A stretch of DNA of 63,589 nucleotides, filler included, from Parasitella parasitica NRRL 2501 (GCA_025201805.1; 11 parts of 11 records of this genome joined end to end with filler, not necessarily neighbours in it), one strand, 5' to 3'; positions 50,529 to 62,407 are shown, counted from the first letter of the whole stretch. A program made the numbers and translations. The notes: generated by a model not told the origin, from the sequence alone.

Positions 50529-52211
50529 ATGAAGCGTATAAACGAATTCCCATCTGAAATTATTTCCAAAATCTTTACTTACTTGACATTTTCAGAGAAA
50601 AAAAGTTGTGCAAGCACTTGTAGAAAGTGGCAAAATTTGATCTTGCATTCGAACTTTTATGAAGATCTTCAAATTGAAGGAGAAGAAAAATTCACGCTAT
50701 TTAATCAGTATTTCCAAAAAGAAGAAAACAAGCTTTATCGTAATCAAATCCGTCGTTTGGGGATCAAAGTCCACTTTAGAAATGCTGATCAAGCTAATGC
50801 CCTATTAGCTCTGCCAGAAATACATCCCAATCTTCAAGAACTCGTCTGGGAGAATGCCACTCGTTACGATATTGATGAATCTGACACACCTAAAATAGTT
50901 GTCAATGAAAATATTGCTGAACACTGGAAAAGAATCACTAGTTTTCAAGATCGCAACAAGTACTTTTTGTCCTCAAAGATATTGGAGTATGGTGGATTTT
51001 GTAACCTGGTTGAGTTGCGTGTGGTCTTTGTGGGAAATGAGAGATCCGAATTCAAGTGTAATTTGTTAATTCAACATCTTTCGAATGCTCCTAAACTGAA
51101 GACACTGAGACTGGAACATGGTGCAATGTCACTGAGTCATTTACATCAGCTACATTGCAACGCACAACAACTGGAGGCTCTTTGGTTACAAGATATGGAA
51201 TTGGCAAATGTTGGTGTGAACGAGCAGAGGCCCTTAATTTCCCCTAATAATACATTGAAAGAGCTTCGCATATTTGACTGCTCGAAAGAATACAACGAAA
51301 ACATGTTACAGCATATGAAATACCCGAATTTGCAAACCTTGCGAGTTTGCTTTTCAAAGCGGTGTTACGAGATGTATGGTGAGAACCAGCTGGCTGAATT
51401 TGTCTCTCATTGTCCATATCTCGAGACTTACAATGTCGGCATGCACCCAATCACACCGGCAATTATGGGAGCAATCGATGCAAGTGGAGCCAAATTGAAA
51501 AACATTTCGATTACGATATGGCCAGAGGAGGACCCTCTAAGACAATTCAAGGATGTACTAAAATCTAACCAGAAAGATTCTGTGCACACGATGAATACCA
51601 ACTATTCATATATTTATCCATTCGATAAAGCGAAGGTGAAAGGTACCTTCGACACCTTGGAAGCTTTTCCAAGCCTCAAGAATTTGGACATAGCGTCTAT
51701 ATATTTTCCTTCTTCCCATCACTTTCCTCTCAGTAATTTTTTGAGGAAAAACCTGCATTTGGAAACACTCAGGCTAACAGATTGGAATATTGAAAATTCA
51801 AACCCTCTAAAGAAGCTTTGGAATGATTTTTCGAGCGAATTTAAAACAACAATGACGATAAAAAATTTGATCTTGGATAACGTTCATTGCGAAAATGAAG
51901 AATTTGTACCGCTCATTTCGAAGACATGTCCTAAGCTATCCAAACTAACAATCTTTCATGATTTCAATCATGAACTTTGCAATTATGAATTTCCTAATCA
52001 TAGCTTTGCTTCTATTACAGTCATTGGGCCACATAATTGCTACTACCAAGTGACAACTGAGAAGGAAACTAAATGTTATAAATTTGTCAAGGGAGTTCTT
52101 CAAAAAACTTGTAAAGAGTCGCCTGATTCAACAAATAGTCCTATTTTTTCTTTGAAATATAAAAGCTGCAAGGTTTTGAAGATTGGAAATGCTTATATCG
52201 ATCAACCTTAA
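50529..52211 (+). CDS. F-box / LRR-like protein, intronless
   Basis: N-terminal FPSEIISKIFTYL..CASTCRKWQNLI F-box; repeated P.L..L.L segments; 560-aa open frame. Confidence 0.85.
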   Translation: MKRINEFPSEIISKIFTYLTFSEKKSCASTCRKWQNLILHSNFYEDLQIEGEEKFTLFNQYFQKEENKLYRNQIRRLGIKVHFRNADQANALLALPEIHPNLQELVWENATRYDIDESDTPKIVVNENIAEHWKRITSFQDRNKYFLSSKILEYGGFCNLVELRVVFVGNERSEFKCNLLIQHLSNAPKLKTLRLEHGAMSLSHLHQLHCNAQQLEALWLQDMELANVGVNEQRPLISPNNTLKELRIFDCSKEYNENMLQHMKYPNLQTLRVCFSKRCYEMYGENQLAEFVSHCPYLETYNVGMHPITPAIMGAIDASGAKLKNISITIWPEEDPLRQFKDVLKSNQKDSVHTMNTNYSYIYPFDKAKVKGTFDTLEAFPSLKNLDIASIYFPSSHHFPLSNFLRKNLHLETLRLTDWNIENSNPLKKLWNDFSSEFKTTMTIKNLILDNVHCENEEFVPLISKTCPKLSKLTIFHDFNHELCNYEFPNHSFASITVIGPHNCYYQVTTEKETKCYKFVKGVLQKTCKESPDSTNSPIFSLKYKSCKVLKIGNAYIDQP

Positions 52212-52448
52212 ACTCAAAGATAATTGTCAACTCCCTCTTTTTCTTTGCTTCTACTTATGCTTATTCACATTATATGCGTGTCTTTTTTCCTTTTCTTTTG
52301 TTACTTGTATTTCGGTCAAGCTTATGCTTTTAAATAAACTTATGCCTATGCCACAAAAATAATATATTATATGTATATGACAAATAGTGGATATATATAT
52401 GTATATTATTACGTTATCAATTGAAAAAGAAGAAAGAGCTATTGCGCT

Positions 52449-52790
52449 CTATTTATCACTCAAACCTTCTGTTTGCTCAAAATAAGTGTCCCAAAGCGCA
52501 ATTATCTGTTTTTGATGTTCAATCATGCTACGAAAAAACTGCTCCACACTATCGCGGAAATCGTCTACTTTATCTTTATCAAAGCGATCCAGTTCTTTTT
52601 TGATCAACTTTGATATGTCTTGAAAATCCTGCTGCAATTCCTCCACTCTTTCTTTTATCTCGTCTAGTTCCTGCTGTGAGCTCACTAGTTTCTCAGGTTT
52701 GCGTTGTTGTTTAAGCCTTCGCCTAGAGGACTGAGCGCTTTGTAGTTTTTCTTGTTGGTGTATAGCGTTGGATTCGAAAGGCAACATGAG
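52449..52790 (-). pseudogene. Vps5/SNX1-like BAR domain C-terminal fragment
   Basis: QQDFQDISKLIKKELDRFDKDKVDDFRDSVEQFFRSMIEHQKQIIALWDTY matches the Vps5 tail; no recognisable PX domain upstream. Confidence 0.65.
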
Positions 52791-53569
52791 GTTAGTGCAT
52801 AGGTTGTGTCTCGAGCACTTGCCAGAAAAGAAGACATGATTAGTAGTAGTAGCAGGTAGAAGAGTAAAGACACTGGCCGCCTTTTTTCTTTGCAGAACGC
52901 TTTTGTTATTGAAGCGGCATAGAAAAGGCAGGCATGTGGCGTCGTAGGCTGCATTGCGATTGCAACATCATGAATAGGTCAAATCCTCCATCTTTCAAAT
53001 ACAAGAAAAAAGGAGAGTGAGATAGGAGGAATGGTGGTTAGGGAAAACCTTGTATGCTTTCTCAAGTCCCGCCGCACTATCAATGGTGATATGCTGTTAG
53101 CGGCATAAAAACAACCCCTATCCGTTTTGGCCAACTTGACTCTTTATGCTTTGCCCAGTGCATAAGCTCACATAACACCAAGACAGAGAAAAATAATGAG
53201 ATTAAGACTGGAGAGCTTCCACATGAATTTATAAAAATGCTGTCAATGATACCATGGTAAAAGCCTGCAATTTGGATGTCAAATTTGGGAGGACACTGTA
53301 AGTGAACAAAGTGATAATCTTGGTGTAAAGTAGCTATTGTGAGGTACCTAGCTCAAGAACCGCCTTGCAAGCGTTCTTCCATGCATCCATTATACGTCGA
53401 CAATCAGCTATCAGATGATTGGAATATTCAAATTCCTAGCATAAAGCACGAATGCTAATGGTCTACGCGAACTTCAGTGTGTTGTTGTTAGAAAAAAGAC
53501 AAAAACTATAAGAAAACAATGTTCAGCGAATTCAAACATAAAAACAAGCAATTCAAAGTAATGCATTAG

Positions 53570-55560
53570 ACTATAAGGCTCCTTTTGATTACATTTTAGC
53601 ATAGCTTAAAGCAAACTTTTGTACTTTTCAAGCTGACCTAAGATGAAGGTACCGACTTTTCAGACTTTTTTCGGAAAAGTATTTTTCAAAATCGGAGCGT
53701 GAGATCGTCAGGCCAGGTACAGACATGCAAGTGTTACCATTAGGAAAGTGAGAGGCAAAATATTTAAATAAACTAGTTTGCAATTGCTTTTTTTTTTTTG
53801 AATTGAGTAAGCTATGGCTTCTCAAAGCTAATGCTTTCGTTAAAAAAATACCATTTTTCTTTGATACCGGAGATTAAACGCGTCCAAAATCAGGAAGGAA
53901 AAATTCTTTCAGAAACTCCATTTGTACAATTAGAAAACAAAATTACACTTTTTCGCATGGTAGAATCACAACAGCAACAGCAACAATCTTCTAGCGATTC
54001 CAACAACAGGAGGCCCATGTTATGGACCCATGTTGTCAAATCTCGAAAAAAAGGCAAAAATCAAAAGGAACAGATTGTTTCTTTCAACCCAACCTTGATA
54101 ACGAGACCAGTAACTGAGGCAGAGTCGACTCAGAATGCACTCAACGGCGCTACACCTCCGGCTCCCATGGCCGTTATACGTCCGTTCATTAAAGGAATGG
54201 AGCAGGATTCTATATTAATTGACCTTACGACTATCAAAGATAGATCGCTCTTGAACAAAGAACTTCTCAAGTTCAACGAGGAAGCTGAAAAACATGGACT
54301 TACTGAAGAATTTTTGGGTTATCGACGCCAAACCCGTAAATATCTTGGACATGAATTCCTCGAAACGATGTGGACTCCTTCTTCTCCTAGCCGCCAGACT
54401 ATCATTGACTCTGGTATCACTCTTGAAGATGGCACCTTTGTTAAAGGTTTCCCATCCTACAACGCGGACGCCACCATTGTTCGCTTGAAGTTGGAAAACC
54501 TTCCTTTTCTTCCAGCAATGGAACTAAAAGACGAAATGGCAAAACGTTTGTCTGATTTTGGCAATGTTTTGGACCATGGCATCTCTAAAACAGATGGCAT
54601 CTTTCATGGGGAAGGTTATGCTACCTTAAACCTCACCGTCAAAAACTCTGCTGAGAGTCAGTGTCAGGAAACACACACTCATGGATCATCTTGTTCGCGC
54701 TTCTACCAATTGGAGCAGCTATCTCGGGTTATTATTTGGGACCCTCTTGCAATTGATCCTCGCAAGATTCTCTTACAATGGGATACTATGCCTAACTTTT
54801 GTCGCAACTGTCAAGCTTCTGATCACTGCCGTGCGGATTGCCCGGATTNNNNNNNNNNNNNNNNNNNNNNNNNNNNNNNNNNNNNNNNNNNNTTAATTAA
54901 TTAANNNNNNNNNNNNNNNNNNNNNNNNNNNNNNNNNNNNNNNNNNNNATCTGCACCCCATACAACTGGTTTGTGAGGACATTGTATACGTTATTTAAAG
55001 ACAATCGCATTCGTACCAATGTCAATGGAATAGTGTCTACTTGTAAAGTCTTGAAGCTGCGTGGGTTGAAGCAGGGTGGTGACCTTATCTCTTGCATCTT
55101 GTACAATTTTGCTCTGGAACCATTGTGCTTTGCTCTATCTTGGACGACCCACTCTTTCATGGCTACGAGTTTTACGACAAACATGCTGTGCCCCAGGTAG
55201 AAACTTTGCCGACTATCAAGCTGTTATGTTACGCTGACAACACGCTGGTCTTCCTTTGGGATGCGGTGGATCGGGATCGTACGGTGTTGTATTTGCGGCT
55301 TTATATCGCTGCATCTAATGCCCATATCAACTTCCACAAGTTCCAAGCTATGTCTTTGTCTGGCAAGGGTCACGATGATTATTGGCTCCCTCGCCTTACT
55401 GCGTTAGACATCAAGAAGGTGTGGAACTCGCATGATCCTGACCCGGTCATTTATCTTGGATATCCACTTTTTGCAGAGTGTGATCCAGCGAACCATCTTC
55501 TCTGATGAGTTTCTCCAAAAGCTACAGACTACGACTGCGCTGCACTTGTCCCGCAATGTC
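53570..55560 (+). mobile_element. L1/Tx1-like LINE: ORF1 (53957-54848, CCHC knuckle) and degenerate RT fragment (54949-55560)
   Basis: VRLKLENLPFL, FCRNCQASDHCRADCP; RGLKQGGD.ISCILYNFALEPL, LCYADNTLVF, YLGYP; frameshifts; gap between the parts. Confidence 0.85.
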
Positions 55561-55895
55561 TCAGTGTTCTTGATCGTGCAACCATCGCCATCCAATTCTT
55601 CGTCGGAAGAAGGGAGGTCCCAGCAAGCAACATCGTATGGACCTAATGATTTCTCATACTCGTACATTTTTGTTATGGTTTTTTAAAAGCTTATTATCGA
55701 AATATAAAAGAAAGACATTATTCTTTTATCAAGACAGGGCAGGTTTTCTATTTTTCTAAAATGCGAGAGCATTGCGTAACTGCTAATTTGCTTAATTTAA
55801 TAAGGAAGTAAAATGTTAAGACCCAAATTCGTCATTTATCATCAAAAGAAATGATTTAAAAGCTTATTGATGAGAGAAGGAGGATTAGAGAGAAC

Positions 55896-57850
55896 CAGTA
55901 TACATCAACTTGCAAATGTTTGAACCAACGCTTCTCATTTTGAAAGTGATATGCATGTCAGCAACACATATGCGAAGCGTGTATTTAAGAGTTTTCCGTC
56001 TCCCATTCTATCGTCTGCTTTTGGTAAGGTTTGGTGCTCTGAAAACTGAAAACAAATGTCATCATTGTTTTCCTCAATGACATCTTCATATACAAAAGAT
56101 GGCGGAGAGAATGGTGGTGTTGCCGATGACAGTGCGTCCAATGTGGCCGACGATTTAGCTTGGCTGTTGAAATAGTGCACGTTTTTAAAAGATGTAAAGA
56201 AACTAAATGTTAAAGCACTTACCTGCTAACTTGATCCTTGGCTGCAGCACGAAAACATTCAGAAAGAAAACGATTAGCGCCCCATTGGTTTTCACACAAG
56301 TGCAGCTTAATGCTTTCTTGCAAATAGGCCTTGGATTCAAGATTGCAAATTAGCTGCTTGTGTAGTGAAGTGGACTTGTCTTCAACACCCTTCCAGGACA
56401 AAGATTTGATCTCAGGGTGAATCTCGCAAGCTGTGGGTCTAATCTTACGTGCCACCAGCTTAATATCAGCGTAGTAACCTTTGGCTGCCTTGTTTTTGCT
56501 GTTGTTTTGATGTCCAAGAGAAAGATCAGCATCAACATCAAGGTTTTTTCAGGCCGGCTTGGAGGATAAAGCATCATTAAGCTAGCCGTTATCTTTTTAA
56601 CTCCTCTTCCAGCCAAGCTTGAGGGTATAACGCGATTGCCTCTCATATTCGAGTTTGCTATGTTTGTAATAGCCGTTAATTGAGCTATTGATCGTGCAAT
56701 GCAGCGAATTAATCTGTTAGAATTCTCAATGTTATATATTTACAATGTTTTGAGGTTATTACCTGTAGCAGCTGCTTCCTCTATTTCAGTACTTGCGCCA
56801 TATATATTCGTTGATGGTGGAAACAAAGGTGCTATCAACTTGATCAACTCGAGATTCAAATCGTTGGATTTGACTTGTTTTTCAAGAACATCCCTGAGCA
56901 GACATTGAGTCTTCTTGTGCTCCTCCATTAACTTTTCCAAAGCAGTCTTATGACTCTTCTGCTAGTCATCTTGAATGTATTATTAATAGTGTTTGTGTAT
57001 AGAAAATATGTCAAAGCTGATTTCTAACTGATACTCGATTTTTATAAAGCCGTAGATTGGTTTTTGCATGATTATTTTCTATCCAACTATATAGAATTTT
57101 CGATGGCCAGATCAAAAAAAAAAAAAAAAATACACTCTCTCTCAAAACGTTTGCATAAAAAACAAATCACAAAACATACACATGTAAGTAGAGCGACTTT
57201 AGTTTTCCATCACTTTCTTTCATTTTATTATATCAAAATACTCTCTTATTTTAACTATGCCCTCTGTATCATATCCTTGCCAAAGAGGCTGTAACCGTAC
57301 CTTCCATGCAAGCAAAGATCGAAAGAATCATTACCGACGAAACTACCAAGAAAAAGTCAAGCATCGTGCTAATTCCCAAAAACAAGATGATGATGCTCGT
57401 ATGCAAGAAGCACAATCCCCTAGCTTAGATGAAAGTCAGTAATTATGTATAATGCTTGTAAAATAACTGATTTTCAAACTTCCCTCTCATAAAAAGCAGA
57501 TCAGTATGAATACAACCCGGATGGCTATTCTGACATATTCGATGGTGAACGCTACAAGGCTCTTTTAGAAGGTGGCTGCTTCACCAATTCTATTGACGTT
57601 GCGCTGGCGCTTTTCATTGATGGGTTCGCGGCAACAAAGTTGAATCAATCTGCAAAGATGTGAATCATTCATCTGATCAATTACAACTTGGATCCACAAA
57701 TTCGATACAAGGATGAATACACTCGCCAGATTGGTGTAATTCCTGGCCAAACAATCCTATGATTGAAACCTTTCTAGAGCCCATGATGAAGGAAGCCGAC
57801 AAATTGGCACACCACGGCCTGGTTGTAATGAAGAACGACATGAGAGTCTG
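55896..57850. mobile_element. CACTA/EnSpm-type element, copy 2
   Basis: Similar to 26289-28065; continues YSDIFDGERYK..DVALALFIDGF..IIHLINYNLDPQIRYK..GVIPG (Tnp2 core) with stops. Confidence 0.78.
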
Positions 57851-57950
57851 NNNNNNNNNNNNNNNNNNNNNNNNNNNNNNNNNNNNNNNNNNNNTTAATT
57901 AATTAANNNNNNNNNNNNNNNNNNNNNNNNNNNNNNNNNNNNNNNNNNNN

Positions 57951-58050
57951 GAAATATGCATAGGTGGAAAAATTGAAATATGCAGAAATGGAAATATAGA
58001 AAACTGTGAAAATGCAATGCTGGAAAAATTGAAATATTGCAGGAAATTAA
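57951..58050 (+). repeat. Short degenerate tandem repeats (TGGAAAAATTGAAATATGCAG-like)
   Basis: GAAATAT(G)CA/GAAAATGCA recurs about five times. Confidence 0.55.
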
Positions 58051-58280
58051 TTAAGGGTAAGCATCCAGTAACTGGCATAATCGTCGAATGCTTAATTTTT
58101 ATAATATGTTATATGATGATTAAATAACTGCCAGTATTAAAATTTTGGCCCCTGCGTATAATAAAACGTATATTAAAATGCACCACAAAATGAGGACACA
58201 CGCTCCAACTTTGAGCCTATGTTTTGCTATATAATGGAGCCATTATTCTGTTTGTAGTGCTCTATGTTCAATTATATATC

Positions 58281-58547
58281 ATGAGAAAAGGACCATACGC
58301 CAAATATAGTAAGGATACCATTAAATTTCTTTTTGAAGGGTATTTTCTTAGGAGAATGACCGTTCGGGAGGCCTGCCAGCGATGTGAAATGAATGTGGCT
58401 ACTGGATATACGTATATCAGAAAGTTACGAAATAGCTTCATGGATTCTCATATGTGTGATGGTGCTAATCGTCCGGAGGATTTGCTACTCGAGGACCTGT
58501 TTGCTCGATTTGAAGGCCTTCGAATTCGACATAATAGGCGTATTTGA
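58281..58547 (+). CDS. Small HTH-type ORF resembling a Tc1/IS630 N-terminal DNA-binding domain
   Basis: KGPYAKYS..MTVREACQRCEMNVATGYTYIRK parallels YRNYK..SVKEAAAITGIKLKTAYGL in the neighbouring transposase. Confidence 0.5.
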   Translation: MRKGPYAKYSKDTIKFLFEGYFLRRMTVREACQRCEMNVATGYTYIRKLRNSFMDSHMCDGANRPEDLLLEDLFARFEGLRIRHNRRI

Positions 58548-58773
58548 CTCATACAGTGTAAGTATCGTAAGCATACTCAGCTCCTGTTCTGACTAAAAAT
58601 ATAGTTCATACACGCGTGATTATCCCCTTCAAATAAATGATATGTATCCTTTCTTCAAGACGGCAATGTTGCATGCAGTATACTTTATAAGTTTTGCAAA
58701 CTAGGTTTATATAAAATAAAATAAAAAAGCTTTTTTTTTGAATGTTTGAATCAATTCTTCAATATAATAAAAT

Positions 58774-60157
58774 ATGGCTCAAAATACGTCCACACCTATG
58801 CTATTAGATTTTCAATCAACAGACATTGAATATGATTATTCTTACGAAGATTTGGATGAAATTATGAATGAAAGTGACAAAGAAATGGATGGCACTTTCA
58901 GCAGCCCATTTGTCAGCCTGCTGAATGCAGTGTCCAGAAGTAGCCCAGAGCAAGGAGAAGTAACCATGGGAATCGATTCGGAGGCACACGATATTTTGAT
59001 GAATGATGATGAGGAAGAACCTGTTTCTGCCAAGCCTGAATTAGCAGACAAATATTACAGGAATTATAAAGTAGGCCAAAAGATAGACTTTATAAGATTA
59101 ATATTGGACATGAAATCAGTCAAGGAAGCCGCTGCAATCACAGGAATAAAGCTGAAGACCGCGTATGGCCTGAGGGATTACTGGAACACGTATGGGGAGA
59201 TTCCTAAACCTATGAAAAGAGGCCCCAAGCTATCCACAGATTTAAAAGAAGAACACGTAGAATTTATTGTAAACATCATTGATCAATGGGCATCAACTAC
59301 ATTGGATTCAATGAGGGAACAATTGATGAATAATTTCCCTGGATTGAAAGTATCTAAATCAGCATTTTATAGGTAGTGAAAATATTGCTTAAATAGCAAT
59401 TCATACATGTATTTATGTTTTTTTTTTTCTAGGTTCATCAAAAGTAAATGCGCTCTTAGCATGAAAAAGCTTGAGCTCCATTCAGAAAGAAGACGAGATT
59501 TAGTTTTACTCGAAGACAGGCGAAGAACTGTTCAAGGATGGGTGAACAATCCATCCATTGATTTCGAGAGCAACTGCGTTTTCATTGACGAGTCTGGTTT
59601 CAATATGCATATCACAAGGACAAGAGGATGGTCCAGCAAAGGAAAACGAGCCATTAACAAAGCACCCAAGGATCGCGGTGTCAATATTTCTATTCTTGGA
59701 GCCATCAGCCCGGAAGGTGTCATTGACATCTCAGTCAGGAAACCTGAATTTGTCAGTTGCAAGAAAAGAGATGCTAATGGGAAGCTTGTCTCCGAGAAGA
59801 AGCTTATCGGAACAAGAAGTCAGCATTTTCGGGCATACGTGGAGAGTCTTATGGACACTTTGGATAGCCTGGGGTTGGTAGGCCGTAATCTTGTTATGGA
59901 CAATGCCAGCATCCATAAAAATCCTGATACCATCGCTGAAATCGAACGAAGAGGTTACCGCCCTGTTTTTCTTCCACCATATTCTCCCTTTTTGAATCCT
60001 ATAGAAGAATTTTGGTCCAAAATCAAATACGGTGTGAAAAGGCATCCTTTTGACAAAAACTCTACTTTGACTCTGAGAATTTTGGAATCAACAAAGGCTG
60101 TTACAATATCCGATTGTAATGGTTGGATTAGACACTCTGTTTCCTTTTTCGACGACT
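58774..60157 (+). mobile_element. Tc1/IS630-type DD34E transposase, one intron (59373-59432), runs into gap
   Basis: HTH region; CVFIDESGFN, LVMDNASIHK, FLPPYSPFLNPIEEFWSK; 34 residues between second D and E; no stops. Confidence 0.93.
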
Positions 60158-60257
60158 NNNNNNNNNNNNNNNNNNNNNNNNNNNNNNNNNNNNNNNNNNN
60201 NTTAATTAATTAANNNNNNNNNNNNNNNNNNNNNNNNNNNNNNNNNNNNNNNNNNNN

Positions 60258-60827
60258 TACAACTCTGCTCACCTTGCAAAAAAGAAGAGACAATACGAGT
60301 TGCGGAAAAGAAAATTCATTGATAAATTATGCTCCGCTGAACGAAATCATTGCATCGTCGAAGAAGACAAAAGGCTCAAGCGCCTTGTTATGTTTGTAGG
60401 TGATCGCGGGCTTGGTATCGGTTCACGAACGAAAGGCTTTCTGCGTTATGGTGGTCACTGGAAGCCCAAAAAGAATAGCCTGTATTCTTCGATACTGTAC
60501 ACAAACGAGCATAATACATCCCAGACTTGCCCATACTGCTTTCGTAAGCTCTCTCACCCGTTACGTGTCGTACGAGACAACGACCAAACCCAAGTCAAGA
60601 CAGTCAAAGGTGCATTCATTTGTGTCAATAAAGACTGTATCTCTGTCAAGTCTGCCCACAACACTCACAACAGAGACATTCTCAGTGCTCTTGCGATCGG
60701 TTTGGCAGGTGTGGCCCAACTCGTCTTCGGCGTGACATTCCCATCCTTCGACCCAAAAACCAGTTTTTCAAGAACTGACAATTTCAACAAACTTGCAGAT
60801 GTCTTTCTGAACAAGAAAAGAATATAG
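60258..60827 (+). CDS. Fanzor (eukaryotic TnpB-like) RNA-guided nuclease, C-terminal half; open from contig edge
   Basis: VMFVGDRG.GIGSRTKG..RYGG, RuvC-II TNEHNTSQTCPYC, second Cys pair CVNKDC, RuvC-III HNRDILSALAI, tail FPSFDP. Confidence 0.85.
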   Translation, partial: YNSAHLAKKKRQYELRKRKFIDKLCSAERNHCIVEEDKRLKRLVMFVGDRGLGIGSRTKGFLRYGGHWKPKKNSLYSSILYTNEHNTSQTCPYCFRKLSHPLRVVRDNDQTQVKTVKGAFICVNKDCISVKSAHNTHNRDILSALAIGLAGVAQLVFGVTFPSFDPKTSFSRTDNFNKLADVFLNKKRI

Positions 60828-61204
60828 GCCTGCCCTCGATGAGGGCTATATTCGGTAAATTCAGAAACTCTATAAAGCTTATTACTATCAGAAACTCATC
60901 CTCTTTTTCTTCTATATAATTTTTTTACAACATAACCATCTCTTTTGTTGGTACGTATGCAATTACTCTTTGCGCTATTTTTTATTAACGGTCTTAACAT
61001 TGTGGCTTTCGTTTGGTCTCATAGTTCATTTACCCTATAAGTATTGAAAGAGTGTTTATGTCATACTTTAGTATTTATAACATCTAACAAATATGCTCCC
61101 TCCAGAATAGATTTAATTTGCTTAGGCGTGACAAGTGAGAAGTTTTTTCTTTTTATTATTATTTGCATTATTTCAGAACTCTGTTCATTTAGCAATAAAA
61201 GAAA

Positions 61205-61582
61205 ATGCATTCAACACAACTTAGAAAAGCCCTCAATGAAATGCATCCAACTACGCTCATTACGGAAATCCCAGAAGTTCAAAATACCATTGCGCATTTA
61301 TTAAAATCAAATCAGGAAATGCGCGAGTTCGACCCAGAAAGAAAAGATTTAGAATTTGTTCAAGCTATTAGAGAAAATGCAGAGCTGATTATTCGCAAAG
61401 AAAGGCAAGTTGATATAACACTACAAGTGATTCGAGAACGACTTGGCGAAGCTGCATGGAGAGAAATGGGGAGTAACGTGAAAGAGTTTAGAGAGGTGTA
61501 TGCACAAGAATTAGAAGCAGAACAAAAATTACAGTCCAATGAAGAAAAAAAACAAGAAGCAGAAGAGGGCGTATTTTTATAA
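61205..61582 (+). CDS. Conserved small coiled-coil protein, possibly Tma17/Adc17-like
   Basis: LRKALNEM..LITEI..VQNTIAHLLKSNQEM..QAIREN..and terminal EEGVFL resemble the Tma17/Adc17 pattern (from memory of the family). Confidence 0.55.
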   Translation: MHSTQLRKALNEMHPTTLITEIPEVQNTIAHLLKSNQEMREFDPERKDLEFVQAIRENAELIIRKERQVDITLQVIRERLGEAAWREMGSNVKEFREVYAQELEAEQKLQSNEEKKQEAEEGVFL

Positions 61583-62407
61583 TAAATACATATATCACTG
61601 CAAAAGTATTGGAGTATACATTGATATACATACTGTGCTAATTCGATGGAATAAAAGATACTCTCGATTGTCTAAATGAAAACATTTTATAATTAGAACA
61701 ATTGCAATCTTTATAATAACGTGTATCTAGCAAGAATGGGATCAACAGTTATAAATCCAGTTGAAAATAATCCATGCGTCATTAAATGGATCCTAGAATT
61801 ATTTTAAAGAATATAAGATAAGATAAAACACAGACTAAATAGAAAATAACTTTTTAATTTGAGTAACCTGGACATGTAGGAAATCAATGATGCTTCAAGT
61901 TAGTGTTTAAAGAGGCTAAAAATAATAGAAGGGGTTACAGAGAGGGAAAGAGGGAGAGAGGGGTGATCACAGCTGTTAGACCCGATCCGCATGTATAATA
62001 TTTCGTACACTTTTTGCTAATTGGAGGGTTCCAGATTTTTTCTAGACATCTCATGTATACATGAATCCTGATCAAGGTTTTCTCTTTTTACATGTATCTA
62101 TAGCTTCTCCTCAATAAAATTACATAGTCATTTGTTTAATCAATCTGCTTTCCTTTTTCCTTTTTTTTTATCAAAAAGAGAGCCAGAATGCCTCTCTTTT
62201 CTTGCAAATATCAAACCCAGTTTAGTATGCCAATTTACAAATGTGTAACAAATACAAAAATAGATGATTACATTGAACGATCAATATAATGAGGACCATT
62301 TAGCTTGTGTCTCTTAGTTTATTTATCCCCGCCTTATTAGTTAGTTCGTTCGAGTAAGGAGAAGGCCATTCACACTTTTTTTTCCTTTTTTTTTCTTTAT
62401 CATCAAA

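Noticed and set aside
21957-60257. Recurring N-run/TTAATTAATTAA/N-run motif
   Set aside because: Artificial contig spacer with stops in all frames, not a biological repeat or CRISPR array. ORFs reading through X residues are artefacts.
58054-61037. AGGGTAA ... TTACCCT as TIRs of the Tc1-Fanzor element
   Set aside because: Only 7 bp match and the flanks do not give a consistent TSD; could be chance.
12235-61582. RPN1 and Adc17-like gene as a proteasome cluster
   Set aside because: 46 kb and many gaps apart, and the Adc17 call is tentative.
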